The translations under genes were made by a program, and so were the position numbers. A stretch of DNA of 36,454 nt, from NCBI GenBank assembly GCA_964468615.1, contig CAYXVH010000238.1:1-36454 (forward strand). The letters are read 5' to 3'. Position 1 is the stretch's first letter, and every line of letters begins with the position of its first letter. Origin of the DNA: an uncultured Thiotrichales bacterium (GTDB taxonomy: Bacteria > Pseudomonadota > Gammaproteobacteria > UBA4575). Positions 1-8,466 of the stretch are shown here, piece after piece. The notes below the pieces were generated by a model, which searched no databases, was not told the origin of the DNA, and worked only from the letters and a program-made list of their open reading frames with translations.

Positions 1-36
1 CTCATCAACCTCATCAACCTCATCAACCTCATCAAC
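1..36. repeat. Perfect 9-bp tandem repeat (CTCATCAAC x4), in frame inside the DUF1631-like CDS, encoding (VDE)4; it may continue beyond the window edge
   Basis: Direct reading: units at 1-9, 10-18, 19-27 and 28-36 are identical. The minus-strand frame reads ...PESEE-VDE-VDE-VDE-VDE. Confidence 0.95.
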
Positions 37-2253
37 TTCTTCTGATTCTGGTGCCACATTAGTTTCTATCACTAGCTCTTCTGAATGTGTAGCTATGCTG
101 TCAACAGATTCAGGCAAAGGTTCTTCAGGACTGGCAATATGCTCAACATCTGCATGATCAAGTTCATTTGCTTCGTCAATTTGTTCAGCCTCAATTGAGT
201 TTGTATCTGGGGCAGGAGTGAGCGAAAGGTTTTTAAATAAATGAATAACATTATCTTGTGTTTCAATAGGCTCATTTATTTCTATGTTTTTCTCAGAAGA
301 GTTATTCTCAAGCACCTCTGCTTCTTGTTCAATCTTTCTTAAATAGGTTAAATACCAAACTTCGGCTTCTTCTAATATTTCCTCAAATTCGTCGTTGCGG
401 TTAGTGAAGTGCTCAAGCTCAATTCGAATGTTTTCAAAAAACTCATTAGGGTGGTGGATGTATTGGCTTACATCATAGAGTGAATGCTTGCTTTGGGAGA
501 CTTCAATTGTTCTGCGTAAAGTGCGTACAGAGTTGCGCCATTGTTTGCTGGATCTGCCGTGGGTCATATAAATACAAGCCATATGCGGTGCCCAGCATTT
601 TAGGCAAAATTCAAGAATTTGGTTGGCTGTTTCTTTGTTTTTAGTAAATTTCTTAATCGTATGTATAACAACGCGTTTTGCTGCAGATCTTTGAGATTTA
701 AGTTTATGTTTATTTAGCCTTGTTTCTCCACTAGTAGTTTGTTGTTTTAGTGAAGCGGTATTGATTTGTTGAATTTCAGATAGAGCTAATTCAAAGATTT
801 CCACATCAGTGTCAAAACCTTCTGTAATACTTCGGACAATAGAGGTGAGATTTTTAAATAGTGTTTCTTCATTTCCGCTAGCACTTATTCCAATTGATGT
901 TAGCTTGTTAAGTAGTTGTCTCGCTGGATGTTTTGCATTTTGGAAAAATGTGAAGTCGATTAGTGCGAGTTTGATAGTAGAAATTTGCAGTCTTGCCAGA
1001 ATAGCTTTTATAGGATCACATATAGATTTATCTTCAAGAATTACCTGGAAAATATTACAAACGAAGTCAATGACTTTTTCTTCGTTTGCTACTATTTCTA
1101 TGGCATCCAACGCACCTTTTTCATGTAGTGTTCTTCGTACAGCAGTTTTAATTTGCTTGGCTTGAAAAATAGCATTGTTTGCAGCTTCGACTCGTTGCAC
1201 GCTAGATAAGGCGCGTACAAATTGTCGTCTTTGTGCGGGTGAAGAATTTGATTGAGTATTAGGGCTATATGGTTGTAACAGTAAACTAACCGTTGTTTCG
1301 TCTAGACCAGTATGACCGGGGCCATATACGTCCATTGCAATTTCATCAATAATTTCAGGTGTGCTATTTAGCTGCTTACCCACGAAATCATTGTTCGTTT
1401 CATATTCCTTCTGCCATGCTTCTTGTTCTACAGGAGCAAAAAACTGTCCTGTGGACAGGCTCATGATAGACGAGTTTGATCGATCATCACCAATGCCAGC
1501 ATCTGCATCATCTTGATTATCGGTTACGTTTTTAGAGTCTTCAGTTGGGTGGATATCAACGTCTAGTAAAAAATTATGCATTGCCAAATAAAAATCGTTC
1601 AAACTTGGTGAAATATTTTGATATAGCAACTTACTGATAAGAATTTTTCCATCAGCAGAGATATTCAAGGGTGCGATGCAATTTTGTATTAATTTATAAA
1701 AGTCTTGAGGCTGAAGACAGTAGGTATTAAATTCTTGGTGGCAAATAAAGGATAATTCTTCTAGTTGCAGCGTAAGTTTATCAATCAAGTCAGCATGTCT
1801 TTCAACACTGCGATCGATAAGTTGGTCAATTGCAAGCGCTAGTTCAATCAAATCTGTATCCATGCTATGAGTATCAGTTTGATTAGTAGTCCTGGAGCGC
1901 ATAATTTCTGAGCTAGAGGTATAAAATCGCGATTCTAATTCAACATAAAATTCTGAGGCTACGATATGCTTTCTTTCTAAAAAAGCATCCAATGCTTGGT
2001 CGCGCGCTTTGCTATTGGTCTCATTGATTTGAGCTCGGTAGCTATCATCCTCTGCTAAGTTAAAACTCTCTTCTAATATTGCGTTGAGGAAGTTCTTTAA
2101 GTTGAGATGAACGATTTCAACTACTTTGTCGTAGTTAATATGGCCTTCACTATCAAAGATTTCTTGGTGGCTCAGTTCGGGCATTTTGAGGTAGTTTTCA
2201 GGTGAATATAGATATTTTTCTAAGAAATAGTGTAGGGTATTACGCGTAAACAT
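1..2253 (-). CDS. DUF1631-like conserved protein of unknown function (partial; the C-terminus runs off the left window edge)
   Basis: Read in triplets from position 1, the + strand has no TTA/CTA/TCA (minus-strand stops) until CTA at 2278-2280. The first minus-strand ATG is at 2253-2251, giving 751 open codons. It is absent from the ORF track, presumably because there is no stop inside the window. The translation starts MFTRNTLHYFLEKYLYSPENYLKMPELSHQE and contains IDFTFFQNAKHPARQLLNKL, which I recall as a DUF1631 (PF07793) signature. The visible C-terminal part is acidic. Confidence 0.85.
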   Translation of the reverse strand, partial: MFTRNTLHYFLEKYLYSPENYLKMPELSHQEIFDSEGHINYDKVVEIVHLNLKNFLNAILEESFNLAEDDSYRAQINETNSKARDQALDAFLERKHIVASEFYVELESRFYTSSSEIMRSRTTNQTDTHSMDTDLIELALAIDQLIDRSVERHADLIDKLTLQLEELSFICHQEFNTYCLQPQDFYKLIQNCIAPLNISADGKILISKLLYQNISPSLNDFYLAMHNFLLDVDIHPTEDSKNVTDNQDDADAGIGDDRSNSSIMSLSTGQFFAPVEQEAWQKEYETNNDFVGKQLNSTPEIIDEIAMDVYGPGHTGLDETTVSLLLQPYSPNTQSNSSPAQRRQFVRALSSVQRVEAANNAIFQAKQIKTAVRRTLHEKGALDAIEIVANEEKVIDFVCNIFQVILEDKSICDPIKAILARLQISTIKLALIDFTFFQNAKHPARQLLNKLTSIGISASGNEETLFKNLTSIVRSITEGFDTDVEIFELALSEIQQINTASLKQQTTSGETRLNKHKLKSQRSAAKRVVIHTIKKFTKNKETANQILEFCLKCWAPHMACIYMTHGRSSKQWRNSVRTLRRTIEVSQSKHSLYDVSQYIHHPNEFFENIRIELEHFTNRNDEFEEILEEAEVWYLTYLRKIEQEAEVLENNSSEKNIEINEPIETQDNVIHLFKNLSLTPAPDTNSIEAEQIDEANELDHADVEHIASPEEPLPESVDSIATHSEELVIETNVAPESEEVDEVDEVDEVDE

Positions 2254-2359
2254 AATGTTAATTGGCAATCGCTTAATCTAAGGCATTGTGCCGTTCATCG
2301 GCTATCATGTATCCTGTGCTTAATATGTTTATTTCAACAACCCCGCAAGCCCACAACTG

Positions 2360-3388
2360 ATGCAAATTCGCTTTTCACATTTAAAAGACAAGTTAGCTCG
2401 ATCCTCTATATTCCCGTTGCTGGTTAGTGGGGATGAGCCCTATCAGCATATGTTGGCCTGCGATATGTTTCGCGCACGCGCGAAAGAACTGGGTTTTTCA
2501 GAACGCAAAATACTAACGGTGGAAACAGGATTTGATTGGCCTGAGTTGCAGCACGAACAAAGCAATATGTCATTGTTTGGTGAGCGTACTTTAATCGATT
2601 TACGCATAGCGAATGGTAAGCCGGGTGCAACAGGTTCGAAGGCAATTATCAATTTTATCGAAAACTTGCATGATGATGTTATGTTACTTGTGCAGGTGCC
2701 TAGATTAGATCGCAGTGGGATTAATTCTGCTTGGGTTAAGGCTTTAGATAAAGTAGGAGGTGTGCTGCGTGTTTGGCCGTTAAATGAAATAGAAACACGA
2801 AACTGGATTCAACAAAAGTTACGTGCAAAAGGACTTACTGCTACAAGTGATGTGGTTGGGTATATCACGCAACAAGTTGAAGGTAACTTGCTTGCAGCAA
2901 TGCAGGAAATTGAAAAAATAGAACTCGTGAGTGAGAGTAAGAATTTAGATCTAAAGAATATTCATGCACTGTTAACGAATAGTAGTCACTATTCGCTGAA
3001 TGAATTAATGGATGTGGTATTGAAAGGTGATGTGGCAAGAGTTATTCGAATAATCGCCGGACTCAAAAAAGAAGATGTTGCGCCGCCATTATTGTTATGG
3101 GGGCTAACTGAGCAAGTGAGGAAATTAGTTGAGAGTAAACCAAATGTTCTCTCTAATGTTTCTGTAGCTCACTCCAAAATTGGAAAAAATACGCAACAAG
3201 ATACTTTGCATGCATTATGTATGTTGCATCAAAAGAGTACTGGTGTTTGTCGGCAAGACTTAGCATCGAAAACCTCGGACTTGTTGAAGCAATGTGCGCG
3301 AGTGGATCGAGTGATAAAAGGTCGCGCTTACGGAGATCCTTGGCAAGAATTGTTACAGTTGAGTATCGCCACAAGATACTCAGTATAA
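2360..3388 (+). CDS. holA: DNA polymerase III subunit delta
   Basis: 342 aa, matching the usual delta length. The N-terminus has LLVSGDEPYQ (compare LYGxExxL) and the C-terminus has ARVDRVIKG...DPWQELLQLS, typical of HolA domain III. It lies upstream of nadD as in enterobacterial holA-nadD synteny. Confidence 0.8.
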   Translation: MQIRFSHLKDKLARSSIFPLLVSGDEPYQHMLACDMFRARAKELGFSERKILTVETGFDWPELQHEQSNMSLFGERTLIDLRIANGKPGATGSKAIINFIENLHDDVMLLVQVPRLDRSGINSAWVKALDKVGGVLRVWPLNEIETRNWIQQKLRAKGLTATSDVVGYITQQVEGNLLAAMQEIEKIELVSESKNLDLKNIHALLTNSSHYSLNELMDVVLKGDVARVIRIIAGLKKEDVAPPLLLWGLTEQVRKLVESKPNVLSNVSVAHSKIGKNTQQDTLHALCMLHQKSTGVCRQDLASKTSDLLKQCARVDRVIKGRAYGDPWQELLQLSIATRYSV

Positions 3389-3418
3389 ATATTGGCTTTA
3401 AAATAAAGATATGCATCT

Positions 3419-4702
3419 ATGAGTAACGCAGTGCAAAAACAACAATCATCAGTCAAAGTGTACATTGAGAATGTGACCTTACAAGCAGCTGCAGTACGTG
3501 CTGAAATTGCTGCTGCGAGTACAGATACAAAAAATCAAGCACTGAAGTTTATTGCAGATGAGATTCTGAGTTCTAGCGCAATATTAAAGCAAAAAAACCA
3601 ACTCGATCTGCAAGCTGGAGAAAAGCGTGGGCTTGATAGTGCATTTCTCGATCGTTTAGAGCTAACGGATGCACGTATTGATGCAATGGCAGAAGGCTTG
3701 ATGCAAGTCTGCACATTGGCTGATCCGGTTGGCGAAACTACTGATTTGGAAACGCGTCCCAGTGGAATTCAGGTTGGCAAAATGCGCGTGCCAATAGGGG
3801 TAATACTTATCATTTATGAATCACGTCCAAATGTTACAGCAGATGCGGCTGCGTTATGTATAAAGTCTGGAAATGTGACTATATTGCGAGGTGGTTCTGA
3901 AGCGTTGAACTCAAACCAGGCGATAGCAAATTGTATTCATACGGGTTTGAGTAAAGCAGGGCTTTCTAAAGATATTGTGCAAGTTATTACAACTTCAGAT
4001 AGAGCGGCAGTAACCGAGTTGCTTCATGCTAATGATGATATTGATATAGTCATCCCGCGTGGTGGTAAAGGCTTGATAGAAAAGATCATGCAAGAGTCTC
4101 GTATTCCATTAATTAAGCACTTAGATGGTGTGTGTCATGTATATATCCATGAAGAAGCGGATGTAGAGATGGCAACTAATATCGCATTTAATTCTAAAGC
4201 TCAACGTTTTGGTGTTTGTAATGCAATGGAAACTTTATTGCTCGACAAAAATATAGCCAAACAAATTTTGCCAGGCTTGCAGAAAAAGTTTACTGAAAAA
4301 AATGTAGAATTAAGAGGTTGTGAAGAAACGCGTAAGATTCTCCACGATATCTCTATTGCGACTGATGAGGATTGGTATGCAGAATATCTTGGACCCGTAT
4401 TGGCAATAAAAGTTGTCGATGGTGTTTCTCAGGCGATGCTACATATTGAAAAGTATGGCTCTCATCATACGGATTCAATTGTCACAAATAACAAGACAGT
4501 CGCGCAGCAATTTTTGCGTGAAGTAGATTCTAGCTCAGTTATGATAAATGCCTCTACTCGTTTTGCGGATGGTTTTGAATATGGCTTGGGAGCTGAAATT
4601 GGTATCAGCACGGATAAGCTACATGCTAGAGGTCCGGTAGGGCTTGAGGGGCTAACTACCCAAAAGTTCATTGTTTTAGGGGAAGGCAATATACGTGAAT
4701 AA
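3419..4702 (+). CDS. proA: Glutamate-5-semialdehyde dehydrogenase (gamma-glutamyl phosphate reductase)
   Basis: 427 aa. Contains [21 protein letters not shown] and CNAMETLLL, which are characteristic ProA/aldehyde dehydrogenase motifs including the catalytic Cys context. Confidence 0.95.
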   Translation: MSNAVQKQQSSVKVYIENVTLQAAAVRAEIAAASTDTKNQALKFIADEILSSSAILKQKNQLDLQAGEKRGLDSAFLDRLELTDARIDAMAEGLMQVCTLADPVGETTDLETRPSGIQVGKMRVPIGVILIIYESRPNVTADAAALCIKSGNVTILRGGSEALNSNQAIANCIHTGLSKAGLSKDIVQVITTSDRAAVTELLHANDDIDIVIPRGGKGLIEKIMQESRIPLIKHLDGVCHVYIHEEADVEMATNIAFNSKAQRFGVCNAMETLLLDKNIAKQILPGLQKKFTEKNVELRGCEETRKILHDISIATDEDWYAEYLGPVLAIKVVDGVSQAMLHIEKYGSHHTDSIVTNNKTVAQQFLREVDSSSVMINASTRFADGFEYGLGAEIGISTDKLHARGPVGLEGLTTQKFIVLGEGNIRE

Positions 4703-4738
4703 CATCTTTCACAATGCACTCATATATAAGGGAGGAGT

Positions 4739-4795
4739 GTGTTAGGTATATACGGCAGCAGCTTTGATCCTGTTCTTGCGAGATTCTTATGCTAG
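4739..4795 (+). promoter_or_regulatory. Candidate 18-codon leader ORF (VLGIYGSSFDPVLARFLC*), a diverged duplicate of the nadD 5' end; its TAG overlaps the nadD ATG (ATGCTAG)
   Basis: The purine tract AAGGGAGGAG (4728-4737) lies directly upstream of GTG 4739. Nucleotides 4739-4771 match 4789-4821 at 23/33 positions, and the peptide matches the NadD N-terminus at 8/11 residues. The offset is exactly 50 nt, so the frames differ. Confidence 0.45.
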
Positions 4796-5430
4796 GTATA
4801 TTAGGTGGAAGTTTCGATCCACCACATTTCGGCCATATCAAATCAGCATTGGCATTATTAGAACGCTTTGATTTTCAGCAGCTACGATTTATCCCTTGTC
4901 AGCTTTCGCCGCATAAAGAAACGGTGCATGCGAATGCAAGCCACCGTTGGCAGATGTTAAATCTGGTATGCAGTGGCAATGAAAAATTTATTGCAGATGA
5001 TCGAGAGCTAAAACGTAAAGCATCGTCATATACAATTGACACCTTGCAAGAGTTGCGTGAGGAATATGGCGAACAGCAGTCACTAGTATTGATTCTAGGA
5101 TTAGATGCTTTTTTAAGTTTTTGTAAATGGCATCGATATAAAGAAATATTATCACTTTGCCATATAATGCTAATGCAACGTCCTGGCTATAGTCTGCCAG
5201 ATAGTTCGCAAGGTTTGGGATGTGAAAAAGAGTATTATGAGTTAAATAATACTAAAGATTTTAAAATATTAGCGAATACACCCTGTGGGAAAATATATAC
5301 GAGTGATCTGGAGAGAATAGATGTCTCGTCCACTACGATTAGAGAAATGATCTCCAAAGGGCAGCAGCCTAAGTATTTATTACCGGGTAATGTCTGGAAC
5401 TATATTCACCGAAATAAACTATACAAATAA
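4789..5430 (+). CDS. nadD: Nicotinate-nucleotide adenylyltransferase
   Basis: 213 aa. The N-terminal GGSFDPPHFGH matches the GxFxPxHxGH nucleotidyltransferase motif, and the C-terminal VSSTTIRE matches the ISSTxIR motif. It is followed by rsfS as in the conserved nadD-rsfS-rlmH operon. Confidence 0.95.
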   Translation: MLGILGGSFDPPHFGHIKSALALLERFDFQQLRFIPCQLSPHKETVHANASHRWQMLNLVCSGNEKFIADDRELKRKASSYTIDTLQELREEYGEQQSLVLILGLDAFLSFCKWHRYKEILSLCHIMLMQRPGYSLPDSSQGLGCEKEYYELNNTKDFKILANTPCGKIYTSDLERIDVSSTTIREMISKGQQPKYLLPGNVWNYIHRNKLYK

Positions 5431-5439
5431 ATACTATAT

Positions 5440-5778
5440 ATGAAACATAACGACACAGTTGAAATCGCGGTAAATGCTCTTGAAGAAATGAAGGGAAATG
5501 ATATTACGGTAATTGACACGCAAGGGAAAACAGATGTATTTGATGCAATGATTATTGTAACCGGTACTTCGGATAGACATGTGAAATCTTTGGCAGACAA
5601 CGTAGTAAAAGATGTTAAAAGTAAAAGTTTGAGTGTGCTGGGTGTTGAGCAAGATCGTTCTTGGGTATTGGTGGATTTATATGATGTGATAGTGCATATC
5701 ATGCTAGAAGAAACGCGAGAGTTTTATAGTTTAGAAAAACTTTGGGAAATTAGTACAGATCGAGAGCAAGTTTCGTAA
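5440..5778 (+). CDS. rsfS: Ribosome silencing factor RsfS
   Basis: 112 aa. Contains IIVTGTSDRHVKSLADNV and WVLVDLYDVIVHIM, typical of RsfS/YbeB (DUF143). Confidence 0.93.
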   Translation: MKHNDTVEIAVNALEEMKGNDITVIDTQGKTDVFDAMIIVTGTSDRHVKSLADNVVKDVKSKSLSVLGVEQDRSWVLVDLYDVIVHIMLEETREFYSLEKLWEISTDREQVS

Positions 5779-5828
5779 TCTAGATGTTTTTCAAAGTATA
5801 AGTTAATAAAATATAAACTAATTAAATA

Positions 5829-6299
5829 GTGCAGATCTATGTTTTAGCTGTAGGCGATAAATCACCAACATGGGTTGAGGAAGGTGTTGTTGAATATCTT
5901 TCGCGGATGCCGCATGAATGTAAGGTTAAGTTAATAACGGTTGCCACGACTAAACGAGCAAAGAATATTTCTATTCCACAGGCTCAGGAACGCGAGCAAG
6001 CTTTGTTATTAAAAAATACACCTAATAATAGCCTGCGTATTGCTCTAGATGAACACGGAAAAACATGGACTACGACTGTTTTGGCGTCAAAGTTAGAGGC
6101 ATGGTTACAAAATACCCCAGTAGTAACTATATATATAGGTGGGCCGGACGGGTTCACACCAGACTTTCTTGATCGGGTAAACATGGTTTTATCTTTATCC
6201 TCGTTAACCATGCCGCATATGCTGGTGCGTTTGGTGTTGGTAGAGCAACTATACCGAGCGTGGACGGTAATCCAAGGCCATCCATATCATCGAGAATAA
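5829..6299 (+). CDS. rlmH: 23S rRNA (pseudouridine1915-N3)-methyltransferase RlmH
   Basis: 156 aa with a GTG start. Contains IGGPDGF and the C-terminal LSLSSLTMPHMLVRLVLVEQLYRAWTVIQGHPYHRE SPOUT/RlmH signature. Confidence 0.95.
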   Translation: MQIYVLAVGDKSPTWVEEGVVEYLSRMPHECKVKLITVATTKRAKNISIPQAQEREQALLLKNTPNNSLRIALDEHGKTWTTTVLASKLEAWLQNTPVVTIYIGGPDGFTPDFLDRVNMVLSLSSLTMPHMLVRLVLVEQLYRAWTVIQGHPYHRE

Positions 6300-6317
6300 G
6301 TCTTTATAATTAACCTC

Positions 6318-6899
6318 ATGCGTGAGCTTATCCTGGCCTCCGGCTCAAGTCGTCGGCATTCATTGCTGAATAAACTCAATATAGAGTACCGTGTATGTGT
6401 ACCAAATATCGATGAAGGTGTAATGGTTGGCGAAGCACCCGCAGACTATGTATGCAGAATGGCGCGTAATAAAGCTTTGGCGGTTTTTGAAATGTTCACA
6501 ACTAGCCAAGTGGTTTTAGCTGCCGATACTATTATTTCATTGCGTGAGGAAATTATTGGTAAACCTAAAGACATACAACATGCAAAAAATATATTGCAAA
6601 AACTTTCTGCAGTTGAACATGAAGTGTTAACTGCTCTATGTCTTAAAACACAAGATCATGATTATGAGGCGATGGTAGTGACCAAGGTTAAATTTAGACA
6701 GCTTACAGTTAGTGAAATAGGTGCCTATTGTTTAACAGATGAACCCTATGATAAGGCCGGTGCCTATGCTATTCAGGGTTTAGCATCTTCGTTCGTTGAA
6801 TATATCTCTGGAAGCTATACCAATGTTATGGGTTTGCCGCTATCAGAATTATGCGGTCTTTTAGAACAAACTAATTTGTATAATTTTGATGATGTCTAA
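6318..6899 (+). CDS. maf: Maf-like nucleoside triphosphate pyrophosphatase (YhdE type)
   Basis: 193 aa. Contains LILASGSSRRHSLL, LAADTII and DKAGAYAIQG motifs, and lies upstream of rng as in the maf-rng synteny. Confidence 0.92.
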   Translation: MRELILASGSSRRHSLLNKLNIEYRVCVPNIDEGVMVGEAPADYVCRMARNKALAVFEMFTTSQVVLAADTIISLREEIIGKPKDIQHAKNILQKLSAVEHEVLTALCLKTQDHDYEAMVVTKVKFRQLTVSEIGAYCLTDEPYDKAGAYAIQGLASSFVEYISGSYTNVMGLPLSELCGLLEQTNLYNFDDV

Positions 6900-6921
6900 G
6901 TAAGACTGGGTACAATGAATA

Positions 6922-8427
6922 ATGAGTGAAGAAATTCTAATTAATGTAACTCCTCAGGAGACTAGAGTCGCTATTGTTGAGAATGGGGTATTGCACGAAG
7001 TGCAAGTTGAGAGGGTTAGTAAGCAGGGCTTGGTAGGGCATATATATAAAGGTTGTGTGAGTCGGGTAATGCCAGGTATGGACGCAGCGTTTGTTGATAT
7101 AGGGTTAACCAAAGCGGCCTTTATACATAGTTCGGATGTGGCTTTTCTGCCTAAAAGTTCTCGAGGACAAAAAACGGATATAAGTCAACCTGACGAAACC
7201 ATTCTTCAGTCACAAAGCGATAATATTACCAATATGTTGCACGAGGGCCAGCAGCTCTTAGTGCAAGTTGTAAAAGATCAGTTAGGCACAAAAGGTGCGC
7301 GCCTTACTACTAATATAACCTTACCTTCACGTTATATTGTGTTATTACCCTATTCACACGATGTTCGTCTTTCAACACGTATTGAAGATGAGGAAGAACG
7401 TGAACGATTAACTTCTACCACACAGAAATTAGTTAATGAGTTTAATGCAAATTGTGGATGTATTTTGCGTACTGCAGCGGAAGGGGTAGGTGAACCTGAA
7501 TTAAGAAGAGATCTAAAGTTTTTACTTAATCTTTGGGCAACTATTGTTGACAAGGTGAATAAGGCATCATCTGTTGATGAAGTGTATTCCGATCTCCCTC
7601 TAGCAGTACGAACTTTAAGAGATCTTTCGGTAGATGATATTGAAATTATTAGAATCGATTCACGTGCAACATTTGATATTGTAAAAGAGTTTTCTGAAAA
7701 ACTAGTTCCTGAGCTATCCGATTGCGTAACTAGGTATTCAGGTAGTCGGCCTATATTTGATCTTTATTCAATAGAAGATGAATTGCAAAAAGCACTACAT
7801 AGAAAAGTAACGCTTAAGTCTGGAGGATATTTGATTTTCGATCAGACTGAAGCTATGACGACGATTGATATTAATACCGGAGGATTTGTTGGGCATCGCA
7901 ATTTAGGAGAGACTATATACAAAACAAATCTCGAAGCAGCGCAAGCGATTGCTAGGCAACTTAGGTTGCGCAATCTTGGTGGTATTATCATTATCGATTT
8001 CATCGATATGGATGATGATGAGCATAAACGTCAAGTTATGCGCGTATTCGAAAAATCCTTGGATAAGGATCGTGCTAAAAGCCAGGTATGTGAGGTCTCT
8101 CCATTAGGCTTGGTGGAAATGACTAGAAAGCGAACACGGGAGAGCCTAGAGCATGTTTTGTGTGCACCCTGTGCAACGTGTTCAGGGCGTGGTTATATAA
8201 AGACAGCTGAAACGGTTTGTTTCGAGCTATTTCGTGAAATTATGCGTGAAGCAAGGCAATATGAGACGAACGAATTGCTGGTTTTGGCGTCTCAACCTGT
8301 AGTAGATTTACTTTTGGATGAGGAGTCAACAAGCCTGGCAGAATTGGAAGATTATATTGGCAAGACCATTAAATTGCAGGTTGAGTCACTCTATTCGCAA
8401 GAGCAATTTGATGTGGTACCTCTATAA
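6922..8427 (+). CDS. rng: Ribonuclease G (RNase E/G family)
   Basis: 501 aa. It has an N-terminal S1 domain (GHIYKGCVSRVMPGMDAAFVDIG), the catalytic region TTIDINTG, and IIIIDFIDM. Its size fits RNase G rather than RNase E. Confidence 0.93.
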   Translation: MSEEILINVTPQETRVAIVENGVLHEVQVERVSKQGLVGHIYKGCVSRVMPGMDAAFVDIGLTKAAFIHSSDVAFLPKSSRGQKTDISQPDETILQSQSDNITNMLHEGQQLLVQVVKDQLGTKGARLTTNITLPSRYIVLLPYSHDVRLSTRIEDEEERERLTSTTQKLVNEFNANCGCILRTAAEGVGEPELRRDLKFLLNLWATIVDKVNKASSVDEVYSDLPLAVRTLRDLSVDDIEIIRIDSRATFDIVKEFSEKLVPELSDCVTRYSGSRPIFDLYSIEDELQKALHRKVTLKSGGYLIFDQTEAMTTIDINTGGFVGHRNLGETIYKTNLEAAQAIARQLRLRNLGGIIIIDFIDMDDDEHKRQVMRVFEKSLDKDRAKSQVCEVSPLGLVEMTRKRTRESLEHVLCAPCATCSGRGYIKTAETVCFELFREIMREARQYETNELLVLASQPVVDLLLDEESTSLAELEDYIGKTIKLQVESLYSQEQFDVVPL

Positions 8428-8466
8428 CTTATTTGTTGTCACTAATCTGTTTCGCTAAGTCGTTTT

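Noticed and set aside
93-275. 60-aa minus-strand ORF from the track
   Set aside because: It is out of frame with, and nested in, the long minus-strand DUF1631-like ORF, so it is an alternative-frame artefact.
809-1165. 118-aa + strand ORF, the only sizeable track ORF in the first 2.2 kb
   Set aside because: It lies entirely antisense to the uninterrupted 751-codon minus-strand DUF1631-like frame. It has a GTG start, Ser/Leu/Cys/Phe-rich composition typical of antisense frames, and no recognisable motif.
3153-3426. 87-aa (-) and 69-aa (+) ORFs at the 3' end of holA
   Set aside because: Both overlap the holA frame, whose C-terminal ARVDRVIKG...W..LL motif is intact there. They are alternative-frame artefacts.
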